Assembly (NCBI GenBank): GCA_951406725.2 | Contig: OX597820.1 | Span: 56,482,001 to 56,546,000 of the forward strand | Direction of reading: 5' to 3' | Source of the DNA: Octopus vulgaris | Lineage: Eukaryota | DNA length: 64,000 bases | In this document: positions 13,395 through 27,054 of the stretch, in pieces | How positions within the stretch are numbered: position 1 is the stretch's first letter | How the letters are laid out: every line of letters begins with the position of its first letter | The notes under the pieces: model-generated | The model's input: only the letters and a program-made list of their open reading frames with translations | Told to the model about the DNA's origin: nothing | The model's database searches: none | Position numbers and translations under genes: made by a program

Positions 13395-13765
13395 TTGTTT
13401 TTTCTTGTTTCACTCATCGGATAGCAGCCATGCTGGGGCATCGCCTTACAGGGTGTTAGTCAAACAATTCGATTATTCTATCGACCACCTTTTGTCGAAG
13501 AGCTAGGTCCCGAGGACAAAGGTATAAAAAACAAGCCGTGGTGGTGGTGGGTGACAGAGATGCAAAGCAACACACACACACACACACACACATACACATC
13601 TGACAGGCTTCCACTCAGTTTTCGTGTACCAAATTCATCCAAAAAGCATTGGTAAGCGTGGGAGCTCGTATAAAAAAAAACTTACCCGAGGTACCGCACC
13701 GTGGGACTGAACCCGACACGACATGGTTGCAAAGCGAGCTCCTAAACCACACAGCCATGCTTGCG
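13395..13765 (-). mobile_element. SINE family B, diverged
   Basis: GTGGGACTGAACCC...ACCACACAGCCATGC head on the minus strand; GCCATGCTGGGGCA tail. Confidence 0.75.
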
Positions 13766-14129
13766 ACTATGGCGATACCTGTGCCCATGGCCATTTATAC
13801 ATCATACGAACAAACATACAGCCCCTAAAAACAACATGAGCAACAACATCAACAAGATACACAACGCCGTTGACACAAAGTCTACCAACAAATCTAGAAG
13901 ATTGCTCATTTGCTTTTCTTAAAATCGAGGTGTGATGGAAAGATAAAATGGCGAGAAAAATCGATATCGCGTGGTTTATGAAAAACTGAGGTGACATAGG
14001 TGAGGGAGGAGTTAGCTGTGCGACGAAGAGTTGATTGATAGTTGTTGTTGGAAATTGTGTGAACTGGTCGGAATTCTTGTTTGCTAGACACAAGATAATC
14101 GAAGATATATACATATATTTCCATATCAT

Positions 14130-14284
14130 GTGTATACATACATACATGTATGTATGTATGTATGTATGTATGTATGTATGTATGTATGTATGTATGTATG
14201 TATGTATGTATATGTATGTATATGTATGTATGTATGTATGTATATATATATGTATATGTATATATATATGTATGCATGTATATG

Positions 14285-14316
<32 letters not shown>

Positions 14317-14368
14317 TTTATGTATATATATATGCATGTATATATATGTATGTATATATATATGTATG

Positions 14369-14401
<33 letters not shown>

Positions 14402-14402
14402 A

Positions 14403-14467
<65 letters not shown>

Positions 14468-14470
14468 GTC
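14130..14470. repeat. (TATG)n/(TA)n microsatellite
   Basis: Directly visible. Confidence 0.95.
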
Positions 14471-14582
14471 TGTACGTATATGCCTAGCAACCTATATATT
14501 GACATCTACTTATGTTCTATCTATGTATTCATCTGCCTGTCTGACTATTATATATCTTTTATTACAATTGCAATAATACGCG

Positions 14583-14613
<31 letters not shown>

Positions 14614-14959
14614 GCGCGTACACACACGCGTACACACACATTCATTATTCTTTGAACAAGAATAAGTATTGACAGTGATTTCAAAGTTTCGCCCACCTAA
14701 GTCATCATCAGACGTAAAAATACTCTTACTTAAACAACCACATTCCAACATTCATCTGCAGAAAATAAATATACACTTTCAAAGACTCTTTTCTTTTCCT
14801 TTCCGCGCTCTCTCTTTTATCACACCTACGTCCACCAACGCACGAACACGCATACTTACGCTCCAAATCAGTGGTTTTCAGCCATTTTCTATCTATGTAT
14901 CCCTTTGATTATTATTCTATTATGATGGATCCCCATAGACATTCGATGTTTGAAAACTT

Positions 14960-15525
14960 TTGGGTTGTCCGGAAAGTTCGTGCCGATTTATAGTAGCTTA
15001 CATTTCAACTTATTTTGGAACATGCTTAAGTCCATAAAATATGATTTCACTACACCTCCATTTAGAGCACAGTTTAGACTATATTTTCGTGGAAGAAGGT
15101 TTATGTTCCTATAACCGGTGTTAATTCTATAACCCTTTAAAATGGAAGATAAGAAAGTTCATAATTGGCATTTGATGCTTTGGGAACCAGACAAAAATTG
15201 CTGCAGTTCGACTGGGATGTTTTACTCCACCCTCCATATTCACCAGATATTGCTCCTTCGGATTTCCACTTATTCAGGTCTCTGTGGAATAGTCTTAATG
15301 GTAAACATTTCAATTCCTTGGATAATGTAAAAAGATACCTTGATGAATTCTTTGCTATGAAACCACATCAATTTTGGGAAGAGGGTATTTTCAAGTTAAA
15401 GGAAAGATGGAGACGCATTGTGCAACAAAAAGGTTCATATTTGGTTGATAAAAAATTTAATGGCAAGTATTTATTGACCTTTTCCTTTCCTTTAATCATC
15501 GGCACGAACTTTCCGGACAACCCAA
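14960..15525 (+). mobile_element. Internally deleted mariner (DD34D-type) element with perfect TIRs
   Basis: 28-bp TIR TTGGGTTGTCCGGAAAGTTCGTGCCGAT at both ends, TA at 15526; N-terminus MEDKKVH..HLMLWE joined out of frame to C-terminus TRQKL..FDWDVLLHPPYSPDIAPSDFHLFRSL...GIFKL.ERW. Confidence 0.95.
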
Positions 15526-15615
15526 TAGTTTTATAGATGCTTCTTTCAAAATTCATATTTTGTTTTTCACAAATTCATATTTTGTTTTTCACACATTGTG
15601 TAGATTGAACTATGT

Positions 15616-15711
<96 letters not shown>

Positions 15712-15904
15712 CACACACACATATATACACTCACTTCCCGAGCGTTATACTAATACATCTGTTGTCTACACCACCTGTCTTCGTCTTTTGTTTTTTTGTG
15801 AATTCTCCCCCATTATATACACACACTTATATACATATCTATATATATTATGAGAATATTTCAATATATATGCATGTGCGTATATATACATATATATGTA
15901 TTAT

Positions 15905-16108
15905 TTTGTTCTTTTATTTGTTTCAGTCATTTGACTGGGGTCACGCTGGGGCACGACCTGTAGGAAACAGGTCTTATACTTTGTAAGCCTAGTACTTATT
16001 CTATTGGTATCTTATGCCGAACCGCTGTGTTACAGGGACGTGAACGCACCAACATCGGTTGTCAAGCGATGGTGGGGGGACTAACACAGACACAAACACA
16101 TACATACA

Positions 16109-16201
<93 letters not shown>

Positions 16202-16613
16202 AGAGTTTACGAAAAAAATAAAAGACGAAAACAGGTGGTGTACAAAACAAACAGATGTATTAGTATAACGCTCAGGAATAGAAAATGTCTTTTACGTTTC
16301 GAGTCTACGCTCTTCTACAGAGAGGGACACAGAAAAAAACAAGGAGAGAAACAAGGAGAGAAACAAGGAGAGAAAAAAAATGTGTGTAGTGGCTAAACAA
16401 TATTAGGGAGTATAACTCCAAACTTACAGGGAAAAAGATGATGTATATATACGACGGGCTTGTTTCAGTTTCCGTTTGCCAAATTCACTCATAAGGCTTT
16501 GGTCAGTCCGAGGCTATAGTAGAAGACACTTTCCCAAGGTGCCACACAGTGGGACTTAACTCGGAGCCATGTGGCTGGGAAGCATGCTCCTTACCGCACA
16601 ACCACGCCCGCAC
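15905..16613 (-). mobile_element. SINE family B with a family E element (16198-16435) in its central (TA)n
   Basis: Tail half 15905-16100 and head half 16450-16613 flank the insert. Confidence 0.8.
16288..16324 (-). ncRNA. Degenerate minimal hammerhead motif
   Basis: CUCU-CUGUAGA-A-GAGC(GUAG)ACUC-GAAA-C-GUA-AAAGA; A6U core change and a stem II mismatch. Confidence 0.45.
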
Positions 16614-16771
<158 letters not shown>

Positions 16772-16786
16772 GTCTGTCTGTCTGCC

Positions 16787-16820
<34 letters not shown>

Positions 16821-17433
16821 AGTACGTGTATTTTAGATTAGAAATACAAAAATCTAAATACGAAAATTGATTCTAAATACATTTTGACTATCATCTTTTT
16901 CTTGTTTTTTCTTATTTGCATTTCTTTTCCACAATTTGACTTCCTACTCATTATCAGCATCGCCATCTTAACTCCGACAATCACCACCACCACCACCACC
17001 ACTACCATCACCACCATCACCGCTACCATCACCTCTATCACCAACAATAATGCAACCATCACCACCACCACCACCACCACCGCCGCCACCACCAACAACA
17101 ACAACAGCAGCAACAACAACAATAACATTACAACCGTCATCACCATCTGAACCCACATTATCATGACCACCACCACCACCACCACCACCACCAAACCCAG
17201 CCCCACTCCCAGCATCCTCATAAGCAACTCTGCCACACCAGTAGCCCCGCCATACCAGCACCCCCCCCCACTATCACTACTAACTGAAACACCATTCTAA
17301 CGGCAATCGATACAGGTTATTTCTGACGGTTTTTGACGTTTCTATCGATTACGACTTAGAAAGCTGTCTTGACTCCAACAACAAAAAAAACAAAAAACAA
17401 GAAAAGTTGATGAGACAACGGCAATAACGAAAC

Positions 17434-17483
<50 letters not shown>

Positions 17484-17999
17484 GGAACAGCAGTAGCAGC
17501 AGCAGAAGAAGTAGCAGGAGCTGCTGCTGCTGCAGAAACAACTGTAACAGCAGCAGCAGGCAAAAAGACAACAAACGAAAAATTGTAATGTATGTGTGCA
17601 CTGTGTGTGTGTGTGTGTGTGTAATCGAGTGACTGTGCGTGTGTGTGTGTACTTTAATGCACCGGTGTGTTTATATGTGTATATTGGCATGTATGGACAT
17701 GGCTGTATGAATATGTATGCATACATGAGTATATGTACGTATGAAATGGATTTTCATGTGCATATGTAACTGTGTATATGTGTGTAGGTATTTGTGCATG
17801 TATCTGTGTGAACGTATATATGAATGTGTGTCTACGTGTATATCTATATCTAAATCTATATATGTGTGTATGTGCATGTGCGTGCACACACACACATACA
17901 CATATTATGCACACACAATGTGCATAATGTTAAGGTTAGCTACTCTTGCCTACATAAAAGCATCCCCAGCATTACATTCCACAACAAAAACATATTGTA

Positions 18000-18420
18000 G
18001 GCGTAGGAGTGGCTGTGTGGTAAGTAGCTTGTTTACGAACAACATGGTTCCGGGCTCTGTCCCACTGTGTGACACCTTGGGCAAGTGTCTTCTACTATAG
18101 CCTCGTACCGACCAAAGCTTTGTGAGTAGATTTGGTAGACGGAAACTGAAAGAAGCCCGTCGTATATATGTATATATATATATATATGTGTGTGTGTGTA
18201 TGTGTGTGTATATGTTTGTGTGTCTGCGTTTGTCCGCCCAACATCGCTTGACAACCGATGCTGGTGTGTTTACGCCCCCGTAACTTAGCGGTTCGGCAAA
18301 AAGAGACCGATAGAATAAGTACTAGGCTTACAAAGAATAAGTCCTGGGGTCGGTTTGCTCGACTAAAGGTGGTACTCCAGCATGGCCAAAGTCAAATGAC
18401 TGAAACAAGTAAAAGAGAGT
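18000..18420 (+). mobile_element. SINE family B, near full length (reference copy)
   Basis: GGCGTAGGAGTGGCTGTGTGGTAAG (A-box-like), GGGCTCTGTCCC (decayed B box), CCTTGGGCAAGT (CORE-like), central (TA)(TG), GACTGAAACAAGTAAAAGAG tail. Confidence 0.9.
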
Positions 18421-19031
18421 ATATATTTGTTCCTTCACCTAAACCCACTCACGATTGCTGGAATCGAACTATTAACCAGTAGGAGGCATTTTGCATTTCC
18501 AAGACTGTGATATACAGATCTACACCTACTCCACTATACTGGGATTACTGCCAACAACTTCAAAGTATAGTAAGTATACCCAACGTCTGCAACCTCTAGA
18601 TCCAGGAACAGTGTAAACTCTACCTCTCTGGTTCATTTCATTTGGAAGCCTAGAGACGATGGGAATCTATTATAACTTGAAACATTCTTAATAGATTCCC
18701 TCCGTACTTCAGAATGTTACTCAATTACAGACAAAATTTCGGCTATGATGACAATTAGTGAAATCATATAATTCTACAATAAGCAGCTTCCCAGACGTGT
18801 TTTTGTCTTGGATCAGTTCCAGTTAAATGGGTTTGAAAATAATGCCAGAGAATATCGAAGTTTAAACTTCCTTACTAACGAAGTTCATCTCTGCTGAGTT
18901 GGTATCCCTATACAAAAACGCATTTACATCTAACAGCACCACGTAGTATGCAACAATTTTTATCACGTGATATGACCTTATTACATGACAATCTAGCTTG
19001 CCAGCAACGAGTAAAGAACCACTTTTCAAGC

Positions 19032-19074
<43 letters not shown>

Positions 19075-19203
19075 TTAGAGATAAAACCACTATTAGGCAA
19101 ATCAAACAAAACATAAGCCAATACATAAAATTAATTAATTTATATTATTTTAAATATATATCAAAAGTATTAAAAGTTTAATAAAAGAAAATGAGTAAAA
19201 CAC

Positions 19204-19269
19204 TACGATCGTTTCATGGCTGTCCAATTCGTAATAATTCGAGTTATGGTTACAGTAAATCTTCAGGTA
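19204..19269 (-). ncRNA. Degenerate hammerhead motif with long loop II
   Basis: UAC-CUGAAGA-U-uuaCUGU...ACAGcca-U-GAAA-CG-AUC-GUA, in an AT-rich element next to (TA)n. Confidence 0.4.
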
Positions 19270-19474
19270 ATTGAAATATTTATCTTAGCTAGGTTTAGCA
19301 ATGAACTCATATATATAGATGTATGTATTTTTCCCTTGTTAACAATTAACACAGAAAAAATAGATAAATAGCAGGGTAGCAAAAAAAAATCACACAAGTA
19401 AAGAGGTTGTAACCCCTTGTTTTTAAAGGTAGAAACTTGAGTTTACGTGGAATTTTTTGTATATAAATAAATAA

Positions 19475-19936
19475 ATGGAGTTTAACGCAGGTATACTCTT
19501 TACTCTTTTACTCTTTTACTTGTTTCAGTCATTTTGACTGCGGCCATGCTGGAGCACCGCCTTTAATCGAGTAACTCGACCCCGGAACTTATTCTTTGTA
19601 AGCCCAGTACTTATTCTATCGGTCTCTTTTTGCCGAACCGCTAAGTGACGGGGACATAAACACACCAGCATCGGTTGTCAAGCAATGCTAGGGGAACAAA
19701 CACAGACACACAAACACATACACACACATATAATTCAAATACTTTTATTTCCGACACATGTCACTGATATTATTCCAACGGAATAAAGGGTGTAAAACAA
19801 TGTAATCTTCTCTTCAAGGAAGTGAAGAAATGAAACCCGTCAATAAGACATTTTAACAGAAAATTATGTAGAAATTCCGACACAGAAAATGCGTCGGAAG
19901 TATAAGTATTTGAATTATACCTGCGTTAAACTCCAT
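19475..19936. mobile_element. Inverted-repeat element whose left arm is split by a family B SINE fragment (19495-19730)
   Basis: ATGGAGTTTAACGCAGGTATA + ATTCAAATACTT..TTCCGAC mirrored by GTCGGAAGTATAAGTATTTGAATTATACCTGCGTTAAACTCCAT. Confidence 0.75.
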
Positions 19937-19957
19937 ATATATACATACATATGTACA

Positions 19958-20008
<51 letters not shown>

Positions 20009-20359
20009 GTATATTATTGTTAAAGAGGACAACAACCGTTAACGCAAGGCAAATATCTCAAGTCACATATTATTGGAAAAAATTCAAAGTCTTACAGCTA
20101 TTTCTGGGATATCCCAGAGACAAATAGGGAAAGGGAGAAGGGTATAAATTAATGAAATGACGACATAGAGGACATGTGTAAAGGAATAAGGAGATGAAGA
20201 GAGAGAAGAAAAAAGAAGCATAAAAGGTCACAGTTCAACTTTCCGATGTAGAAATAAGTGCATAAGTTCTTAGGTGCAATCCTGCGTAGATGCATGTAGG
20301 TTAAACAGAACTTTAACGATTCGAGGTTAATCAGGACGTCAACGATTCGAAGTACTGTT

Positions 20360-20505
20360 GTTACAAAGCTAGCGTAGCATGTTCAGCATTGAGAATTTCG
20401 AAGCAAATGATGAGTGGTTATAACGGTTCAAAAATAAGCATGGAATGAGTATTCGAATTACTTGTGGTGAAGCAGGCAGCGTACCGACCGAGAAAAGTGA
20501 ACCGG
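20360..20505 (+). mobile_element. pogo/Tigger transposase relic (CENP-B-type HTH)
   Basis: IENFEANDEWL*RFKNKHGMSIRITCGEAGSV matches the F.AS.GWL.RFK.RHG.....CGE..SV motif. Confidence 0.75.
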
Positions 20506-21178
20506 TCATGAAGAGATCGAATGATTAAAGCAGAAGCGTGGAGGATGAAACTGGATTATATTAGCAAATCCACCTATCTCGGAATAAACAAGCTTTTAGC
20601 TTCACACCTCATCGTTAATTAAGGATTCCTTTTCTGCCGCTGTGATGTGCATTGACAGACGCAATGCACCGTTTCAAGGTAATGATAGCAGAGAGGTCAG
20701 CATGATCCGAATTTTGAAACGCTATGCAACAGCCACTAAGGAACTGTTAACATTCCAAGAAATTGTGATCCAGCATGCTTATTTGTAAGGATCGGTTTTT
20801 CTTATATTTCGTTTCTGAGTTGCATTAAAACCAGTAATATGACCTCAAAATTCCTGCTAATTAGGTGAATATGCTGAGAATTTTGGGTAAGCGCTTAATT
20901 ATGCAGGTGGTGACCAGGTGGTAAAATAAGGTGCCTATGCTGATGTTACCATTGTTATCAGCCAAGGAACCAAGATACAAACGTTACCTGCGAAGGCGTT
21001 ATACCAACGAACAAAGACAAAGCTCTCGTGGTGATAAAAAGGACGATTTTAAGAAAGATACTTGAGTATAAAGAACTCTCAATAACAAAGGAATCTAGAA
21101 CTCCAAGCCTGCAATATTTAGTCTGGTAGCTTAATAAAAGGCACTCACATATCAAACGCACACAACAAGAATGTATGT

Positions 21179-21227
<49 letters not shown>

Positions 21228-23157
21228 CGTGTGTTTATAATGAATACATACACACACACATTTTCCGCCGTCTTTCTGCTTGTCTCTTGCTTCATCTGTT
21301 TGTTTTCCAGATTGTTTGATTCGTCTCTTTCTACTTCATTGCTTTTTTGTTATTTTCTCTTCCTATTTCCGCAATCTTTCTCCCTGTCTCACATTCTATT
21401 TGTCAGCCTGTCTACTTACCTGTCACACTCTGTCAGCTTTTTGTCTACTTGGCTGTTCGTCTCTATATGTTTGCTGCTGTATCTGTTGGTCTGTGTTTAT
21501 ATAGCAAGAAGAACCATGGTAGTTAAAATAAATGTAGCTGCTGTGAGGAAAGGAAAAAAATACTCGACGTTTCAGGATCAACGTTTAACAAAGAACAGAA
21601 GAAATATACATGTGTGTTGTTATCCGGGATCCGTGATAGAACAGTAGTAGGGAATCCAAACATCTGAACCTGTGATACAATAGTACATATAATCTTGATC
21701 TTCGTTTGGCACTGGACTGCATTTTCGCGAAAGAGAAGTGCTGTAGAAAAAAAGAGTAATCCCACCCGCTTACTATTCAGGAATCCTCAATGTATGAATA
21801 TGCATAACCAGGCATGCCATATCGAGCTCTTTATGAGAAGGTTCTTGACAGCTGATGCTCTACTATACCAATGGATGGTTTCACTTTCACAAATAACGAA
21901 AAAGCAGATCAGATCCCTGATTATGTCTTGACTAGATCGAACAACGAGTTCTCAAAGTTGGTGAGGCCTGAGGCAGAAAAAAGAGAATATATGTACGTAT
22001 GTGTATTGCGTGTATTAGCATTTTGAGTATTGTGAGAAGGAGGATCAGGCCTTCTTTTGAGAATGGTCGTGGGGGCGGAATTGTTGGGGTGTTATTCTTT
22101 CTCTGTTGTTACTGGTGTTCTTGTTAATTTTTTTGGTTCCTGTCGTTGATTTTGCTACTGCTGTAGTTATTTTCGTTGATGCTATTGTTGGTATTGCTAT
22201 TGCTGGTGCTGGTACTTTTCCTACTGTTGCTGTTTTATTTGCTGCTCTAGTTGTTCTTGCACTGGTTGTTTTGTCGGCAATATAACGGGACTTCTTTCCC
22301 GTTGTTTCCCCGCTGTTGTGTGTCGAAGGCCATCAGATGGATACTGCTACTTCATGTGTAACATTACGGCTTTCTGTCTTCCATCACAAGATGCAGTTGG
22401 CTGACACTTGGGAGGGTTAATTCGATCGGAATCTTGTCCGAAATTTCAGGTTTTACTTGAAACAAGACTTCTTCACTAATTATAGACCAATTTTTTTGGC
22501 GCTACATTCTTTATGATCACCATCAAGTACTTCTTTATGATAACGCCCACAGGATGTTCAATTCAGCTGGCGCGTTCAACACATTTATTTTCGTCATTCG
22601 CCAACTTACGGAACTAGGGAACATGCTTTATTCCTGCTAAGGACAGTACAATGCTTCTGTGAATGAGCTTCCGACTGAATTCTCTCTTAGGCAGTCCCAT
22701 ATTGCATTGAGGTTATTTTCTACTAGAGGACTTTTCTACTGAAGGGGTTATTTTCTACTTGCCTGTTCTTAGTCACTACGCACTGTCCACAACTCTTGGA
22801 GCACTACTAATCTGTCCTCATCTCTCCAGGGGAGCTTATTTTTAGCCTCTCTCAGCTGTTTATTTCTCCTCCAGAAAAAAACATTTCCACATATTTTTTG
22901 TTTATTTTTGCGACACTCTCGCTTCAGCTGTTGTTTATACTTGATACTGGTAGTTTAAACGGCTACAGCAAATGTAGTAGGATAGGAGTAGAAAAAAAAT
23001 TGTTTTCGATGGATGTATGGGAAGTATCACCTGAAGACTGAACGGTTTGTTCAGTCGTCGTCGTATAAGTAAAAAACATTCATGATGGTAACTATGTTGT
23101 CATTATTTTTTCCTTCTCTCCCCACTTTGGGTAACTGACGTCGTAGTCATCGCTGTT

Positions 23158-23720
23158 TTCTTCTTCTTCTTCTTCTTCTTCTTCTTCTTCTTCTTCTTCT
23201 TCTTCTTCTTCTTCTTCTTCTTCTTCTTCTTCTTCTTCTTCTTCCAATCAGGACTCACGCCATTAGCCACTAAGAATAATCTCTAATTCGAGCCTACTCT
23301 AAGCTACTAAGAATGCGTGTGGCAACTTGAAGATCCACCCACCAAACGCGATAGACTGGCGGTTGCACGGGCGCGAAAGCTACGTTGTTATCCTCATTCC
23401 GTAAACGGTGGCTATTAACAGGTGGAGAGCTGAACCATCCCGGGGTACAGAGGATTTGCAATGTAGACTAGGGTCTGAATGCTTACCACACCATAGTGGG
23501 TTACACCATGGTTCTTCTGCTTTGTGGCAGAAGTAGGAAGAAAGAGTGGGAGAAAGCTGTGGTGAAAGAGTACAGCGGTGTTCACCCCGCCCCGTCGGAG
23601 CCTCGTGGAGCTTAGGTGTTTTTGCTCAATAAACACTTACAATGCCCAGTCTGGAAATCGAAACCGCGTTCTTACGACCGCGAGTCCTCTACCCTAACCA
23701 CTGGGCTATTGCGCCTCCAC
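23158..23720 (-). mobile_element. SINE family C, (GAA)n-tailed variant
   Basis: Reverse complement of 3691-4198 with a longer (GAA)n tail; flanks unrelated. Confidence 0.85.
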
Positions 23721-24125
23721 GTCGCCGTTGTTTTGTCGGATCTCGTATTCTACATTGCTGTTGTCATCACTGATGTTCTTCCTTGATACTGGCAGAACCA
23801 GGAATTGTTTTATTGCTGTTGTTGGTTTAATTTTGTCTTCGATACTGTTACTGTTGGCTTTCCGTATGACATGTGGTTGCTGTGGTTAATGCTCATAGCT
23901 GTGTTATTGTTCGTAATGATGATATTGTTAACAATATTCCCCCAAATTCTGCTATTTTTTCTTCATCTAGCAACATTTTCTAGGTAGGTGATAGTTTAAT
24001 GCTATCATTACTGCTATCACGGCTCGACATTACTCCTATCACAGCTATAACGGCTGCTTTCGATATTTCATTCATCTTTAAAAGTCAAGTATGCTAACAT
24101 TTTTGTGAAGATGATTGTCAATGGT

Positions 24126-24195
<70 letters not shown>

Positions 24196-24495
24196 ATGCT
24201 TTAGGAATATGGAGCATCTGGTAGCGCAGGAGAAGCTTGCACAGAACTGTCAAAAATGATTAAAAGCAAAAATTAAACAACAGCAACAACAAAAAACAAG
24301 CCAAGCCCCTTGACTTCCAGATATTCATAATTTAAAGAAAATAGCGTCTGCACATTTGTTACATTATGTACATTTATTACAATAGAGAATACAAAATCAA
24401 AACAAAACACTACAGTTATCCAAGGCCCGCAGAACAGTAGTTCATAATGCATTGAAAGCACACATTGAAAACTGAACTACGGAGTAATAATAATG

Positions 24496-24557
<62 letters not shown>

Positions 24558-24609
24558 TAATAATAATGATAATAATAATAATGATGATGATGATGATGAT
24601 GATGATGAC

Positions 24610-24644
<35 letters not shown>

Positions 24645-24751
24645 CGATGACGATGATGACGATGATGACGATGACGACGACGACGACGATGACGATGATG
24701 ACGATGATGACGATGATGACGATGATGATGATGATGATGATGATGAAAAAA

Positions 24752-25392
<641 letters not shown>

Positions 25393-25457
25393 CAATAAGA
25401 GGAGCGCGACTGTTATTGGTAATAAATAGAAAGTAAATAAATAAATAGTAATAAATA

Positions 25458-25688
25458 GGCGGCGAGCTGGCAGAAACGTTAGCACGCCGGGCGAAATGCT
25501 TAGCGGTATTTCGTCTGCGTTATGTGGTGAGTTCAAATTCCGACGAAGTCGACTTTGCCTTTCATCCTTTCGGGGTCGATAAATTAAGTACCAGTTACGC
25601 ACTGGGGTCGATGTAATCGACTTAATACCTATGTCTGTCCTTGTTTGTCCCCTCTGTGTTTAGCCCCTTGTGGGTAATAAAGAAATAG
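25458..25688 (+). mobile_element. SINE family A
   Basis: Full-length; GTAATAAATAG on both sides. Confidence 0.9.
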
Positions 25689-25717
25689 GTAATAAATAGA
25701 AATTGACACTGTTTACT

Positions 25718-27020
25718 AAAATGAAACGAATGAACAATATTTCGACGTACCGTGTGTCTTTTACCAATTCAAAATATAAAATGAAATGAAATTCAGAGAC
25801 AGGAAACTCTGAAACATTCAAAATTAAACCGGAATAACTGCGTTTCTTTCCAGGTGAAACGACGTCATCTGTCCAGATGAAACGACGTCAAAAGGTAGCA
25901 GAAGGAAGGAAAGAAAGAAAATAACAAAGAGAAAGAAAAGGATGGGGGGAAATTAATTATTCAGTCAAAAAGTTTAGTGTAAATATGGTGGAATTCACCT
26001 GTCATTTTATTAATTCCTCTAGGCTGAGATGTTAACAGTTCACAAATATATCTATCCTCATAGGTTTTGAGGGACTGAAAGCGCAGTGGAGTGAGGCTAT
26101 TTTTTGAGAATGTGCACCTTCAGGTCTTCCTCAAAATTACACCCGTTTGATGTGAAATGTTCCGCATGTTCTGTGGAATCACTGTTATCGTACCTGACGT
26201 CGTACCTATGTCCGTTAAATCTTTTTAATAAGCGTTCTGTTGTGCAACCAATATAAATCATTTTGCGTTTGGTGCATTCCACTGCATACACCAAATTGGA
26301 ATCCTTACAGGTCCTTCGTTCGGTGTAAATCATAACATTTCTGTTATAATTCTTGATGGAATTGGTCTGATTAATGTTATTGCACGACGAACAGGGCTTA
26401 CCTCTCTTATGGGTGTCTTTGGAGGGGGCAGTATTCAGAAACTCCAACGGCGTTTTTATTAGAGGTACTGGTCAATATTTCTCTAATATTTCTTATTTCT
26501 TTATTGTCCACAAGGAGCTAAACATAGAGGGGACAAACAAGGACAGACAAAGGGATTAAGTCGATTACATCGACCCAGTACGTAACTGGTACTTTATTTA
26601 TCGACCCCGAAAGGATGAAAGGCAAAGTCGACCTCGGCAGAATTTGAACTCAGAACGTAACGGCAGACGAAATACAGCTAAACATTTCGCTCGGCGTGCT
26701 AACGATTCTGCTAGCTCGCCGCTTTATTTCTAATATTTCTATTTCTCTAATATTTCTATTACGTCTAAAGACTACAATAGTCGCAAGAGGAAATAATTGT
26801 CGGAAATGAGGATATTTTTCTGAAATATGTTGGTAACTGTCATGCAGCACTTTTGAAACTTCGGTGCCAGTTAATCACTAAAGGAATTCGGTCATAAGCT
26901 CTTTTCCGACTGTTAAGATTCGGCGTGAAAGTTTGGTTATCACTACAAATTTCAGCGATGTCATTCACGATTTTCTTTAATCGTGATTCACTATAACCAC
27001 GCTTTATATAATGTCTTTAC
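25718..27020 (-). mobile_element. Penelope-like element 3' fragment (GIY-YIG endonuclease + tail), left arm
   Basis: CKDSNLVYAVECTKRKMIYIGCTTERLLKRFNGHRYDV...AEHF at 26097-26447; interrupted by a family A SINE at 26490-26723. Confidence 0.9.
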
Positions 27021-27054
27021 ATTTCTGTGACTGCTTCGCGGAAGACTGTGGCTT

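Noticed and set aside
23027-23060. CTGAA-GACTGAAC/GTTCAGTC hairpin as a hammerhead
   Set aside because: Core is incomplete and GAAA is absent; at most a remnant
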